The position numbers were made by a program, and so were the translations under genes. Of a stretch of 64,000 bases of DNA, positions 63,501-64,000 are shown one piece after another; position 1 is the first letter of the stretch, and each line of letters opens with the position of its first letter. The DNA comes from Selaginella moellendorffii (taxonomy: Eukaryota; Plantae; Lycopodiophyta), in the NCBI RefSeq assembly GCF_000143415.4, contig NW_003314353.1, positions 136,919 through 200,918 on the forward strand, written 5' to 3'. A model generated the notes under the pieces. The model saw nothing but the letters and a program-made list of their open reading frames with translations. It was not told where the DNA came from and ran no database searches.

Positions 63501-64000
63501 GCACATGCAACGAGACTAATTGCCCAATCTCATTGTATAGTACTCGCTGAGACTCATTCTTTGATACCAAATGTAGCGTGGTTTTGACCCTTTATCCTAT
63601 GGTGATTTACCATAGGATAACACCACGAAGCGGAACCTAGACCCTCTTTGTGCCACGTGACAGATGCCACGTGTCCATGCCACGTGTCCATAGGAACCTG
63701 AGGTTCAAAACCTTGGGCCACTGAACGAAGGAACGGTGCCAAACTCCTAAGCATGGAGCTAAGGAGTGATGGAACCAAACCATGGAGCAACTCCTGAGCA
63801 TAAAGCCCAAGGAGCGAAGGGACAGGAGCCCGAAGCGACTTGGAACAGTCCTAGAGTAACCAGCTATCCCAATGCTATGACCAGCACGCAAAACGGAGCC
63901 AAATAGAGTTTGGCGCTATTTCAGCATACCCGGTGGCATAACGCAAGGACATGGGTACTCCACCAACTAACATGGAATGGAACTTGGGCTTAGACCCAAG
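57521..64000 (-). mobile_element. Family-A non-autonomous (LARD-like) LTR retrotransposon; 5' LTR runs off window
   Basis: 3' LTR 57521-58653, PPT tagggggggagag 58654-58666, ~4.9-kb internal region with no ORF >100 aa, PBS tggtatcaaag 63559-63569, 5' LTR from 63572. Confidence 0.9.

Overview
Eukaryotic land-plant nuclear DNA, most consistent with a lycophyte such as Selaginella moellendorffii. This is an inference from the ~50-60 nt introns, dense genes, many PLS/DYW-type PPR relics and a spore-type vicilin. There are three zones. (1) 1-20.4 kb is a nested Ty3/gypsy graveyard: a TSD-flanked chromovirus at 1121-9682 carrying an inverted foreign PR-RT fragment, plus pseudogenes (PPR-DYW, a DUF4470-like gene, a Crinkler/RHS-type NTPase, a copia relic). 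(2) 21-45.5 kb is a compact gene island: CLC transporter, an orphan type-I membrane protein head-to-head with a divergent alpha-tubulin, two GDSL lipases, a PGM-like protein, vicilin, a HUA2-like CID protein, two alpha-expansins and an intronless SCP/FCP1-like phosphatase. (3) 45.5-64 kb holds an internally deleted 1.8-kb copia, a TA microsatellite, and two inverted copies of an ORF-less (LARD-like) LTR element, one interrupted by a solo LTR. No tRNA, rRNA or CRISPR was seen. Best candidates for undescribed biology are the orphan membrane gene / K40-less alpha-tubulin bidirectional pair, the Crinkler-NTPase and DUF4470 relics, tandem tRNA T-loop/B-box hairpins in the chromovirus 3' UTR, and the non-autonomous LTR family. 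All family assignments are by eye from motifs, with no database search.
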